From contig JBBMKC010140563.1 of assembly GCA_037834085.1 (NCBI GenBank), positions 1 to 37,621 of the forward strand: a stretch of DNA of 37,621 nt, read 5' to 3'. A program made the translations under genes and the position numbers. Position 1 is the stretch's first letter. Each line of letters starts with the position of its first letter. Of the stretch, positions 13,001-24,900 are shown one piece after another. The notes beneath the pieces were generated by a model. It was not told the DNA's origin, did no database searches, and saw only the letters and a program-made list of their open reading frames with translations. Origin of the DNA: Bipalium vagum. Lineage: Eukaryota.

Positions 13001-13985
13001 GAAGACAATTTGTCGTATTCGTTGATTCGAGATTCGGCTTCAATGGCCTGGTTCAGTACTTTTCCGATTCTTTTACATTGTACACTATCTGTTTTAAGCT
13101 TGTTGAAATAGTGATATAGTGTAACTACGTATGTCATTATTGATTTTTCATCTGGCTGCTCTACATGTATATCTTCTGGATCTAGTAATTTTGGAATCAA
13201 TAAATCTTCTTCTGCCACATTGAATGCATTCCTTAGATTTTGCAAAGGAGCTGCTTTAGACAGTTTCGCATATTCTATCAATTCCGGACAGTGCTTGTGA
13301 ATAATTGCATTGAATGCTAATCCATCTCGCCAACTTGTAGTGAAATTACGAATGTTAACGTTGTTATATCCTGCCGTTTTCATTTGACACCATAACAACA
13401 AAGCATCTTTAGCGCTACGAGCATCTGTAGCATCGTATTCGTCTAATACAATATCCTGAATCTGAAATCTTAATATAATTGTCCACACAAGACCAAGTGT
13501 TAATCTTGGATTTCCATCTACAATATCATGGGCACCAACATTTTCAAGATGAACATGTTGATCCAGTAGAAAATTTATGGCTTTATCTACATTTACAAGA
13601 CAATGTATGCGCATTTTACCACGAGTTGGCTTTGGTAACTTTTCACATGCTAATATTTCTAATAACTTGATTAATTTTTTACCATCTCTGAGATCGAGAT
13701 ATAAGTCATCAACGAACTCAGCAACCTTTACCAAATGTGAATTCATCCATTTTGTAAAAGTTTTCTTCTGTACCATTTCTCTTTCCTCTAAAATCAAAAT
13801 ATCACCAAAAGTTTAAAAAATAATTATCATTATAATTTACCTGCTAAAGCTTTAATCCTTGATCTTTCATATAATTTGGAAACGCTATCTCCTCCCTCAA
13901 ACTCTTCTTCATCACTGAAATAAACTCCATTAGCATTACCATTCGCATCCCATCTCATATTTTGTTGAATACTTTGAATATCCAT
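1199..13985 (-). CDS. beta-Spec: Beta-spectrin (conventional beta-G; co-orthologous to SPTB/SPTBN1, unc-70), multi-exon, 3' part outside the window
   Basis: Exons traced by hand with GT-AG boundaries and consistent phases: 13985-13841, 13787-10633, 10583-10275, 10202-10030, 9507-9270, 7013-6875, 6817-6630, 6186-5863, 5795-5571, 2747-2169, 1575-1199 (5852 nt). N-terminus MDIQSIQQNMRWD...[32 protein letters not shown]. CH1/CH2 actin-binding domain (DLRDGKKLIKLLE, LLLWCQMKTAGY, NFTTSWRDGLAFNA). Tandem spectrin repeats, including the ankyrin-binding repeats 14/15 (WTDLLELIETR, LYAG). Ends in repeat 16 at DKP(K). Confidence 0.97.
2080..2136. repeat. (AAT)n microsatellite, about 19 units, in spectrin intron 10
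   Basis: Perfect AAT run read directly. Confidence 0.95.
3042..4348 (+). mobile_element. Full-length decayed Tc1-family (DD34E) transposon in spectrin intron 9
   Basis: TIRs CAGTAGAGTTCAAAATTCTTT / revcomp CAGTAGAGTTCAAAAGTCTTT, TA on both sides, 1307 bp. Broken transposase: HTH...KGRPLK, IFTNET (D to N), QWGGF, NNDPKQKS, CPSNSPYVNSTENLWSIIK. Confidence 0.92.
9938..10003. repeat. Palindromic microsatellite (TAA)6(TTA)16
   Basis: An AAT run abuts its complementary ATT run, centre AATT at 9954-9957. Confidence 0.9.
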
Positions 13986-15494
13986 AAATAAAATATTATG
14001 AATATAATTTAGCCGGATTGAATAAATATATTGATAAACTATTAATATATAAAATCACAGAAACAATCTCAATAATGTAAATGTTATTGGATCATTATAA
14101 CAAAATACAATTGTTTAGTAATATCATATCATTAATTTTTAAAATAAGTACTCTAGATAAATTTCAGGGATTTAAATTTTAAAATAAATTTATTTCTCAT
14201 TAAATTTTTTTATATATACTATTATGAACAATGAAAATAATTTTAAAAATATTCAATATCTTTTAAAGGTAAAAACTAATTACTAATGAATAACATTGAT
14301 CTGTGTTTCGTTAATCATGTTTCTTCCAGAAAAAAGATTTAGTTTTCACAAAATAATAAGAAGAATATTAACCTGATACCATAATAATAAAGCACTTTTT
14401 AATACTTACTAATTTAGTTTGTTATATTCAAATAAAATGAAATATTATTTTATGATTTAAAATGGCTGCTCTTCCAAAAATATGAACGATGAGTAATCAG
14501 AATAAAAGATGCCATTATTGAGAATATTTAGCATTCATTTTGGAACTAATTTAATAAGTGAGTAAAGAGAAGAAAGGTTAGAATACTGTTAGAAAAAGCC
14601 CACCCATAAATCGGGTTGAAGTGAATTCATCATACTTAGTACAAACTTTAATGAATAGATTTACAAAGTACGACAAAGATTTGCCATAAAAATAACATTT
14701 ACTTCATGGATTACAAAACTAATTTAGGGAAAAACCAATGCTGTCAAAAGTTGAGGTGTGGTAAATTTGAGTCAAAGTAAAGTTCTTCTGTCATGTCACA
14801 TTTCCTCAGGTATACAAATAAAGCTCTTCAAATAGTTATGAACGTCTAATTAATGATGGTATGTGAGCAAATCAAGAGAGTATACAAACTTCTATTTTTC
14901 AAATACATATAATCAAATTGCAAGTAACTCATTGAATAGAATAACCACGTCAAACTCACTTGTAAAAAGAGAAAAAGAAAACAGGTTAGAAAATCTTGAT
15001 TACTGGAAGATACAAGTTACAGATAACCATGATAATTAGAGAAATATTGGTGTAAATGCTTGCCATGCATAAAATGACAACAAACCAAATGATAAAAAAT
15101 TATCATTCATTAACGAAACTTGTATATATAAATCTGATTACTGTTCACTATAGAGATGTGAAGTGTTATAATACATAAACCTTATTGTTATCAGTAAAAT
15201 CAACAGCTTCACATTCAATCTATTTGAAAATTGTTATAATCAATGTATGTTTCTACCAGTTGAAAGGAAAAGAATAAAAATTTCTTTCTATCAATGAAAT
15301 GGAAAGGAAAGAGATGAGAATTTCAGTTTAGAATCTCTTATTTGAGAATTAGTCTTCTCGTGAAGAAAAAGATCAATTATTGTTAGCTTAAAAAAGAATT
15401 TCGAAGAAGTGGAAGTTCAAATTGAAGATAATCATTTGAACGGTGGAGTAGCCTTCCTATGTGATATGAATGAAAAAATATGATGGTATTTATA

Positions 15495-16622
15495 TAAGGT
15501 TGTTTAAAAAATGATGCCGGTTTTGATTAAGCCATTTATTTTACGTTAATTTAAATTTTTCTTTTGTTTTACTACTTAAATTATATATCATTTTAAACCA
15601 GTCGTAATATTAACAATGTATTCGGCGAAGGAACAACTAACGAGCGGATGCTTCAACGCTGGTTCAAAAAATTTCTTGATGGTGACGAGACGCTTGAAGA
15701 TGATGAGGGTTGTAGGCAAAAGATTGTGATTGAAAACGACAAAATGAAGACTTTGGTGGAGGCAAATCATTGTACAACAGTTCGAAAACTTGCTCAAGAA
15801 ATGAATGTTTCTGTTGGTATCATTTGGAATTACTTGCGGGAAATTGGCAAATCGAAAAAGCTTGAAAAATGGATTTCATATGAACTCAATGAAAAACAGA
15901 AAAATCATCGATTTGAAGTTGTGTCCTCGCTCCTTTTGAGAAACAATATTGATCCCTTTCTCAACCGTATTGTGACATGCGACGAGAGGTGGATTATGTA
16001 TGACAACCGGCGTCGTTCAACTCAATGGTTAGATCATGATCAAGCTTCACAACACTTTCTTAAACCAAAATTTTATCAAAAGAAGGTTATGGGGAATGTT
16101 TGGTGATCAGCAGCCGGTCTCATTCATCAGAGTTTCTTAAACCCGGGTGAAACCATTACACCAGATAAATATTTTCAACAAATCGACGAGATGTAGTAGA
16201 AACTCCAGGAAAAACAATCTATGTTAGTCAATTGAAAGGGAGTTATTCTTTTGCACGACATCGCTCGACCGCATGTTGCACGTTCGTCCTTACAAAAATT
16301 AAACCAGTTGGGATACGAAACCCTGCCTCATCCAGCTTACTCCCCAGACCTTTCACCCATGGATTATCACTTTTTTTAAAACATCTGCAGAATTTTCTGA
16401 CGGATAAATGTTTCAGAAATCAAGACGATGCCAAACAAGCCTTCAATGATTTCATCGCTACCAGACTTTTATGCAAATGGCATAAATAAACTTGTAACTT
16501 GTTGGCGAAAGTGTATTGATTCAAATGGGTTTTATTTTGATTAGCTGTGTTTTTTTTTATTAATATATATATGCTTTCAAAGTTCTATATTAAAAAACGA
16601 CATTATTTATTGAAATACCTAA
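15495..16622 (+). mobile_element. Decayed mariner (DD34D), Hsmar1/cecropia-like, with 5' internal deletion
   Basis: Degenerate TIRs TAAGGTTGTTTAAAAAATGATGCCGGTTTT / revcomp TTAGGTATTTCAATAAATAATGTCGTTTT flanked by TA. Motifs QRWFKKF..GDETLED, KWISYEL, IVTCDERWIMYDN, HDIARPH, HPAYSPDLSPMDYHFF; contains stops and frameshifts. Confidence 0.93.
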
Positions 16623-16959
16623 TATTATAGTGGGTTTGATGTCAGTGAAGATGCTTTTATTTTGTTGGACACCAATTTATATAAATACGGAGAAGTTTTT
16701 TAATTTATTTTATATTAATCTTATTAATAGTTATGAAAATATAATAATAATAAGGAAAAAATAAATCATAATTAATAATGTTACTAATAAAAAATATGTT
16801 TGAAATTTGATTGAATGGCCGTATTTATTTATTTTTTAGTAAAATTATATCTTAACTACGTCCGGATTGTGAGCTACTAGCAATTCTTTTCTGTCTGCAT
16901 GTGATGTAGGAGGGAAAAATTATTCTCTTTTGCACTCATATTAAAGCTAAAGCACATTT

Positions 16960-17480
16960 CACAACATCATACCACAAATATCCAATCAAACAAAAGTCAT
17001 GATCTTTTTTGACTTAGAGAAATTTTTGGAGTCTGAAAAGTAGCTTCATTTGGAATTACCCATGATCTTATCCGTATCACATTTAAAAATAAGACTCACT
17101 TTACAAGAGGTCACAACAGACCCAAGCCAATTTGAATGGTTAGCTTTAGTGTGAACAGACTTGACCAAATTGTTATGAGTTCAAATTTACTAATTTCAGT
17201 TATCTCATTAAATTTTCCCAACTTGTACAAATGATTCCATGAATACAATTAACCTTTTTATCAAGTTCTCGTGTGGTCATATTGAGATTTTTTTCGATTA
17301 TTGTTAAAAGGAATCATTATTGATATACCGACAAACACGTGATTGATCTTCAAGGCCAAAATCTCCAGAACTGAAATTTTTGTATCAATTAAAGCATATC
17401 GTATGGTTGATGGTATTCTCATATATTAACTTGTATTCTTTGATCTCATTTGTATGCTTTTGAAGTGTAATGGGATAAGA
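16960..17480 (-). mobile_element. Highly degraded mariner transposase fragment
   Basis: Minus-strand reads N*YKNFSSGDFGLEDQSR, TTRELDKK, HLYKLGK, WLGSVVTS, KKIMTFV*LD, in mariner order. Boundaries approximate. Confidence 0.7.
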
Positions 17481-17749
17481 ATGTCTTTATTAATATATAG
17501 AAATTTGCTGTGACTGGTACACTACCTTCAAACCTAATTGGAGTTAGAGCGTTATTAATATCTACCTTTACTCGAAACTTTACACATGTGAAAAGGACCA
17601 ATTTCCTGTTTTACTGTTGGAGTTGGATTGAATCTACTAGAACCTGGTGGTAAAGTACCCGATTTTGATTAATCGAAAAAATGATTGTACTATTGAATCA
17701 GGTATAATATATAAATATATATATATATAATTGAATCCAAAGTATACCA

Positions 17750-18471
17750 CGAAAACTGTTTAATTTGAAAGAATGAATTTTATGGTTTGAGGCACAATCA
17801 AAGAAGATGGCACCAGGGTTCTTATAAAGTTTCCGGATCAGATGAATTCCGATGATCACTAGGATGTATTGAAGAAAAGATTGCTCTCAATATATGAGGC
17901 GCATAACATATTTTAAGAAGACGGAGCTCCATGCTCAAGTCAAGATTGGTGATTTCACTTTTGAAAAAGTCCAAGTTATGCGTACTGAATGCCGGCTCAA
18001 TCACCAGATCTGATTATAATTGATCCGTTGTGTGCTGATCTGAAAGCTAGGGTTGCTATGTGTAGGTCGGTAAATATTGAAGCACTGTGGAAGTATTCGG
18101 GGGAACAGTGGGCTATGATTTTAACACCTAAGATTAAAAATCTTTATGACAGCATACAAAGAAGGATCCAAGAAATAATTAAAAATAAAGGTATGAATAC
18201 AAAGTACTGATTTCGACTATCTTAATTGTTCGTGAGGTTGACTGTTTCTTAAAATGAGTTTAATCATTTGAATTGTAAATAAAAGATGTTTTACTGATGT
18301 TTTAGTCTTGTATTCAAAATCGGTTTTTCTATATTTACAAAAATAAAGCTTTGGAAATTTTTGATTGGAAACAGATACTTTAAATAAAGACTGAATCAAA
18401 CTACTTATGGTATTATATATTCATCGTTTTATGAAAATTATATGGGTGACCCTAACATTTAGACCGCATTG
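17750..18471 (+). mobile_element. 5'-truncated Tc1-family remnant with 3' TIR
   Basis: FMV*GTIKEDG, *EDGAPC, PAQSPDLIIIDPLCADLK...RRIQEIIKNKGMNTKY; right end revcomp CAATGCGGTCTAAATGTTAGGGTCACCC next to TA. Confidence 0.8.
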
Positions 18472-18481
18472 TATAATAATA

Positions 18482-18570
18482 CAGTCAAACCTCTTTATAA
18501 CGTCATCTCTCGGGACCAGGATTTTATGGCGTTATAAGGAGGTTTTACGTTATTGAGAGCGTTAGGTTTT
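18482..18570. mobile_element. pogo/Tigger-type terminal inverted repeat with subterminal repeats
   Basis: TA|CAGTCAAACCTCTTTATAACG followed by the inverted copy GTTATAAGGAGGTTT, typical of pogo/Tigger ends. Confidence 0.6.
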
Positions 18571-18798
18571 GAGTGGATGTGGGTATTTTATCTTAATCTG
18601 ACTCCTATGGTAGTACACTAATCCCAATCTAAAAAAAGACAAAATGATTTTCAAATTTTCTATTTTTACTACACTTTTTACAAATTTATAAATTTTTTAA
18701 AACTGAGATCAAAATGACACTATTTAATTAAAAATGAGATCAATCTTCACTAGGAAATATGCAGACACGATGAAGTATAAAATCGAATTTGATATCTA

Positions 18799-19640
18799 CC
18801 GGGTGTTCAAGTTAAAAGTTCATAAATAAAAGATTGTTCAAACTTCCTACAGATAATGAATTCATGAAAATTTTACATTTTCATAAAGATCAAAAATGCG
18901 GATTTATTTTTTTAACTAAGTTGAATTACAAGATATGTTATATTTTATCAAAATAGTTACAAATATGATATGTACATAAATCATATTTTTATTCGAAGTG
19001 TCCACCCTCATTTTCTAAGCATGCTTCTAGCCTATGAGTGACATTTTCCACGGCTTCTTGAAGGTTAATTTCTGTCACAATCTGTAAAGCTTGGATGATA
19101 CGTTCCTTCAGTATTTCACGAATATTTGGGCGATTGCCACCTGGATAAACTTTTTCTTTCAAGAATGACCATAACCAGAATTCCATGGGTGTTAGATCAG
19201 GCTTTGGACAGGCCATTCGTTAGGAAATCCTCTTGAAATTATTTTTCCAGAACCGAAAGTGTTTTCCAAGAATACTCTTGCTAGTTTGGCAATATGGAGA
19301 CCAGCACCATCTTGTTGGAAAATTAAACGGTTAAATCTCGGCATTGATTTGAGACTCGGAATAAGATAGTGAATAAGCATATCCAAATATCGTTCCGAAT
19401 TTATAGTCTGACTATTGCCATTATCCTCAAAGAAATATGGTCCAATAAGAAAGGAAGACGACATCGCAATGAATACGTTGACCTTCGCCGAAAATGTTGA
19501 GTATTCAACCACATTATTGGGCTATTGCGTCCCCCAAACCGAAAATTTTGTCTGTTCACCCATCCATTGAGATTGAATGAGCATTCATCACTCCATACAA
19601 TTCGGGATAAAATGTTTCATCCTTGGATATATTTGACAGC
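18799..19640 (-). mobile_element. 5'-truncated DD41D/rosa-like transposon
   Basis: IVWSDECSFNLNG.VNRQN, IGPYFFED, FQQDGAGLH...IISRG...WPVQS/PDLTPMEFWLWSFLKEKVY, ACLENEGGHFE. About 42 residues between the 2nd and 3rd catalytic positions after repairing a 1-nt deletion. TIR TA|CCGGGTGTTCAAGTTAAAAG at 18799. Confidence 0.85.
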
Positions 19641-21068
19641 ATCCGTTTATCTGACTATAATTATCGGAAATTAACACAAAAAGAAGAGAGAAGAATTTAA
19701 TTTATAAATACAGAAATGGGAAGTAATATTCTGTTTAATTTATTTAATTAATTTGAGTGAATACGATAATTCTCTTACACTTTATTTATATATTTTTATT
19801 TGGTGAGTTATGATAAACTCTAGTATGTTTTTTTTCTCAAAATATTAACTTTTAGTTTTTATAAACTAAATTTTATGATTTTTGAAGGCAAATTTTTATG
19901 ATTTTTCCTTAGATATTTATACTATTTTCCTATCATGTGTGTTGGTGCTAGAACGACTGTCATTGGAGTTTTCAAATGACGTTTCTTTTTTTTCTTTTTT
20001 GACGTCATTGTCCATCGTATACACAATTTTCTGGCGTAGTTTCAATTTCCTGACGTAATTATTATTACTATGACTTATTAATACCAGTTATCATTATTTT
20101 AAATTATTATTATTACATATTTTCAAAAAATTAATTTATTATTATTACTATTATTATTATCATTCTCTAATATTATTGATATTAACTTGACATTTTTGTT
20201 GTTTGACGTTTGTTCATTTGTCAAAATTAAAAGATATTTTTATTTATAAATTTTTGAAATAATTTTTTTAAAATTTTATGTAAAGTCTTTATGGGACTAT
20301 ATAATCGATTTATTTGTCTTTATGGGACTGAAAATTGACGACTCCTACTTGGTTCTTGACGGCTAATCCATTAATTATTATTAATCAATTCGCCTACAGG
20401 TTTTCTTAATGACTTTTTTTGTTTATTTAATTATTTATTTTTTTTACTATTTAAATCTGTCCCTATCTTCGTTCGAGTGCCTTGATTCAACCAACTTCCA
20501 CAGAATTCCTACTCAACTCACCACAGGTTTTTCGTAATGACTAATTTTGTTTATTTTAATTAATTATTATTTTTTAGGTCTGTCCCCGCACCTATCCGAG
20601 CGTCTATGGAACCCCTTCACTCGATAATATCCAAGTGCCTACAGATTATAATAATACTCTTAATTTTATTCTTATTTATTAAATTTCTTTTTAAAAATAT
20701 TTATATTGACCACCTAAAATCACTTTTTTGTGTTAATAAAGATATCATAAAATGAATAAAGATAAAATCATAAAATGTTTGATGATAATTTTTTCCACCA
20801 TTGAATTGTAACTGATTGATACCAAACGAACAATTTGTTTAGTCTTCTATCTCCTTCTTTTCTTTTTAACTGATGACTCCCACAAAAGGTAATAAAATTA
20901 TAAGAAAAATTATATTTATGTCATTTGGTGGTTTGATGTTTTAAAGAGGTAAATTTTTTAAATATGTAAAATAACATTGAATGAAAAAACACTGTATTTA
21001 ACATATATTGACCTATTGATAAATAAAATAATACAAATAATAATAGCTATATTTCAAATCCAAACAAA

Positions 21069-21640
21069 CTAGTTTGTCTCCATTTTTGAACGGTATTCAG
21101 CAATAATATCAGCAAGTTGATCGTATAAGTTTAATGCTTTGGTATCATTCACGCTATTTTGCATAAAGCCTCTAAAAAGATAAAAATATTTAATTTCTTC
21201 TCCACCCGAAATGATCTGTGATTCATATTCTTCAACATTACTTTCTGGTTTTTGAACTACGGATTCTACTATTTCACTTAAAGTCATTCTAACGTCCATG
21301 ATGAACTCTTGATTAACATTAATGTAATCATCGAATTTGGTATTCTGTTCAATTTCATTTAAATCCATTAATATTTGCCAATGGGAAAAAATTTCTTCAT
21401 TAATTATTTTTTGCATCTCAAGTGTTTTGTCAATTACGAACTTTGACTTACAAAAACAAGCTCTTATTGTTTCTGTGGTAACGTCATTCAATACTTGACG
21501 AAAAAGATGTAGTCCATCGAAAAGAATAAAATTGAATGAGCTGCCAGTATCAATTGATTTGATTTTTTCAGTAATAATAGACGCTTATAATGCACTTTCA
21601 AAATTTTAATTACTCCTTGATCCATTGGTTCTAATACTAT
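21069..21640 (-). mobile_element. pogo/Tigger (TIGD-like) transposase C-terminal fragment
   Basis: LEPMDQGVIKILKVHYKR (DDE_1 third-Asp motif LQPxDQG), then VLNDVTTETIRACF and FDDYINV; one frameshift in the T6 run at 21563-21568. Confidence 0.82.
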
Positions 21641-21907
21641 AATAATATCATTAAAATAAAAAAACATTAAAAATTAGATTTAGAAACTAAGAAAGCGAGA
21701 AATTAAAATTTATTTATTAATTTACTAATTTATGAAAATATTGACATAAAGTAAATTTTTTAGTAGCCTCTGATTCTTGTTATCTATTTTGATATTCAAA
21801 TTTATTTAAGAGCAATTACTTGTGTCAAAATAATTTTATAATTACATTTTTTTAGTTTAGATATTTGTTTTAAAAAGAATTTTTTCTTTTATAAACTTAA
21901 ATTTCAA

Positions 21908-24900
21908 ATGATAAAACTTCAATTCAAAAATTCCATTAGGCAGCTATTAAGATTATGTAATAATAGTTTCTATCATAGTCAGAAATTAATCGACAATGAA
22001 GATTATTACTTTTCATCTATTAATCCATCTGATAAAGAATATAAAGTGAATTTTCATTTATTTAATTTAATTAATTTTGAATAAGGACAATTATCAATCA
22101 ATGAAATTATTGGTTGAAGATTTAAGAATGAAAGTCTCAAAAATTACACAAGGTTATATAATATTATTTTTAGAAAAAATAAGTAATAATTATTTTTTTA
22201 CTAACTTCTATGATATTTGAAATTATTTATTAACGAATTTTAACAATCTATTGCCACAAATGAGTTTTAATGATACTTTAATGATATTTTGCTATTGTAT
22301 AGGTGGTGGAGAAAAAGCATGTGCTCGCCATGTCTCTCGCGGTAAAATGCTCTCAAGGGATAGAATAAACGCATTACTTGACACTGGGTAGTCATTTTTG
22401 TTTAATTCATTTGGTTATTTTTTGATTTAACAGAAGCCCATTTCTTGAATTTTCTCAATTTGCCGGATACCAGATGTATGAAAACGAAGTAATTCCTGCT
22501 GGAGGCATTATTACGGGAATAGGCAGAATTAATGGGTTAATAATTAATTATTCTTATATTTAATACCTCAAGAATAATTTGCCGGTTTCCCATCAACAAT
22601 GTATATCAGTTATAATTTATGTAATTTTTAATTATTTTTGTTTTTCCAAATTTGCAAATGACATCAATTGAGGAATATATTTATAAATTATTGAAAATAA
22701 GTTTAATTTTATTTTATCAATTTTTTGTATATTATTTTTTTGGTTTTGTTTTGAGTGCTCAATAATTTTTATAATACTTTAAAAATAAAAATCGATAATA
22801 AAGTTTCCTATTTTATGTCAAATGTCAATATCTGCAATGAAATCTGTTCAAGATAAGCATTGAGAAGATGGAAATCGTTGACCAATTTGACAGGTTTCAG
22901 CTTTATTATTATTATTACTATTATCAGTTTTATTAAAATTTCTATTAAGTCTGAGTTATCTATCCTATTAAAAGTTATATTTTACTTATCCAAAAATATT
23001 AATTGCTGTTTTCAATATTTTTAAAATAATTTTCCTGATTATTCTCGATACTGAATTACAGACTGCAATTTAAAGAAGATTAACTTTTTAGTCTTTCAGC
23101 TAACGAAGATCTTAAGTCTTGATTTATGTTCTAGCTACAAAATTATTTTTGGAAAATGTTAAATATAGAATTATTTATTTTAGTTTAGAATGTGTGATTA
23201 TTTCTAATGATGCCACTGTTAAAGGCGGAACTTACTATCCTATAACGGTCAAGAAGCATGTAAGAGCTCAGGAAATTGCTAAAGAAAACAATTTGCCGTG
23301 TGTTTATTTGGGTAGATTTTGAAAATCGATAAGTTTAAATTATGGATAAATAATTTTAGTTGATTCTGGTGGTGCAAATCTCCCTCAACAATCAAATGTT
23401 TTTCCCGATCGAGATCATTTTGGAAGAATATTTTACAACCAGGCTAATCTTTCCGCTGAACGGATACCCCAAGTTTGTTTAAAAAATGGGCAATTATTTG
23501 ATTTATTGGTGTATTCTCGTTACAAAGATTGCGGTTGTACTTGGTTCATGTACAGCTGGCGGTGCTTATGTTCCAGCAATGGCAGACCAATCTATTATTG
23601 TCAAAAACCAAGGAACGATATTTCTGGCAGGACCACCATTGGTCAAGGCAGCAACTGGAGAAAACATTTCAGCAGAAAATCTTGGTGGAGCAGATCTCCA
23701 TTGTCGGTAATATTTTTTCTTTAAATATATCATTTCTCGCTGTTCTCTTAAGTTGTTTTTCTAATTTCTAATTTAGCTTAGGGTTTTCATCTTAAGGTTT
23801 CAATAAAAATAAAATTTTTATTTTATCATTAAACTTTATCTTAAATGTAGAAAATTTTTGTGTTTCAGATAAGATTTTTCAAAATTTTTTAATTATCACA
23901 TTGGATTTTCATTTCTTTATTATAGTATTAGGTGTGTGAATAAGTTTCTGGATTCGGAATAAAGGCACCATAATTGAAATATGTGTGGTAATAAATTAAC
24001 GATATATATGTTTGAAACTGTCAATAAATATCTATTAATTTCAATATAAAAATGTCTTGATTAAATATTTATCATTTTAATCCAACATGAAAAAATTTGA
24101 AAATTGGCGGAAAAAACAGAATTTGTGGAAATTTTTGCTGTTACTTCTTTCTAATAAAACCGCTTCTGAAATTCATAATTTGTTAGGAACTAGTGACAAA
24201 TAGAAATCTGGACTAATTTTAAATGCAAAATTTAAAAATGTATTTAAAATGATATTTTAAACCAATTTTATCATTCTAAGATGATTAAATAGAATTTATA
24301 ATAAAATTTGTTTTTATATATTATTTTACAACAAAAAAGTGGAGTCAAACCAAAATATGCTTCGAGAACACGTATTAAATTTTTATGAAATCAACAGATC
24401 AATGGGGGAAAAATTAAAGATCATGGGGACAGTTGGGCTAAGCGTTTACATCGACGAGCAAATCAAATATTTATGATCAAAAGCTCATGTTTTGTATTTA
24501 GTGGGATCAGCTGTCGCAACCGAACGAAACAATCACGGGGATCGGTATCGAGATCGATTGATCCGTTTAAGCAAGCATTAAGGGATAAATGGCCATATTA
24601 TGCAGTTAGGCATGATAACAACATTTTGCAACATGAAAATACTTGGCTGCATATTTTGAAAACGGTTTAAAAATTCTTGGAAACATTTAAATGAGAAGTT
24701 CTACCACATCCGCCCGATATCACTCCTGCAGATTACCTGTTCCGTTCCGATTTGTCTTAAACATTGGTTTTATTATGGAAGAAACAGACATAAATGATCT
24801 TCAATTATAATTTGAAGAATGTACACCTTTTTATTATAACCTTCCGTTGACAAAAGCAGTCGATTATACAAATGTTGATAATTGTGTTTTGACACAAACT

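Noticed and set aside
1266-13816. Plus-strand ORFs overlapping spectrin exons (e.g. 1266-1604, 5894-6184, 11150-11428, 11750-12016, 13577-13816)
   Set aside because: Antisense shadows of spectrin codon structure; no motifs or independent splice signals.
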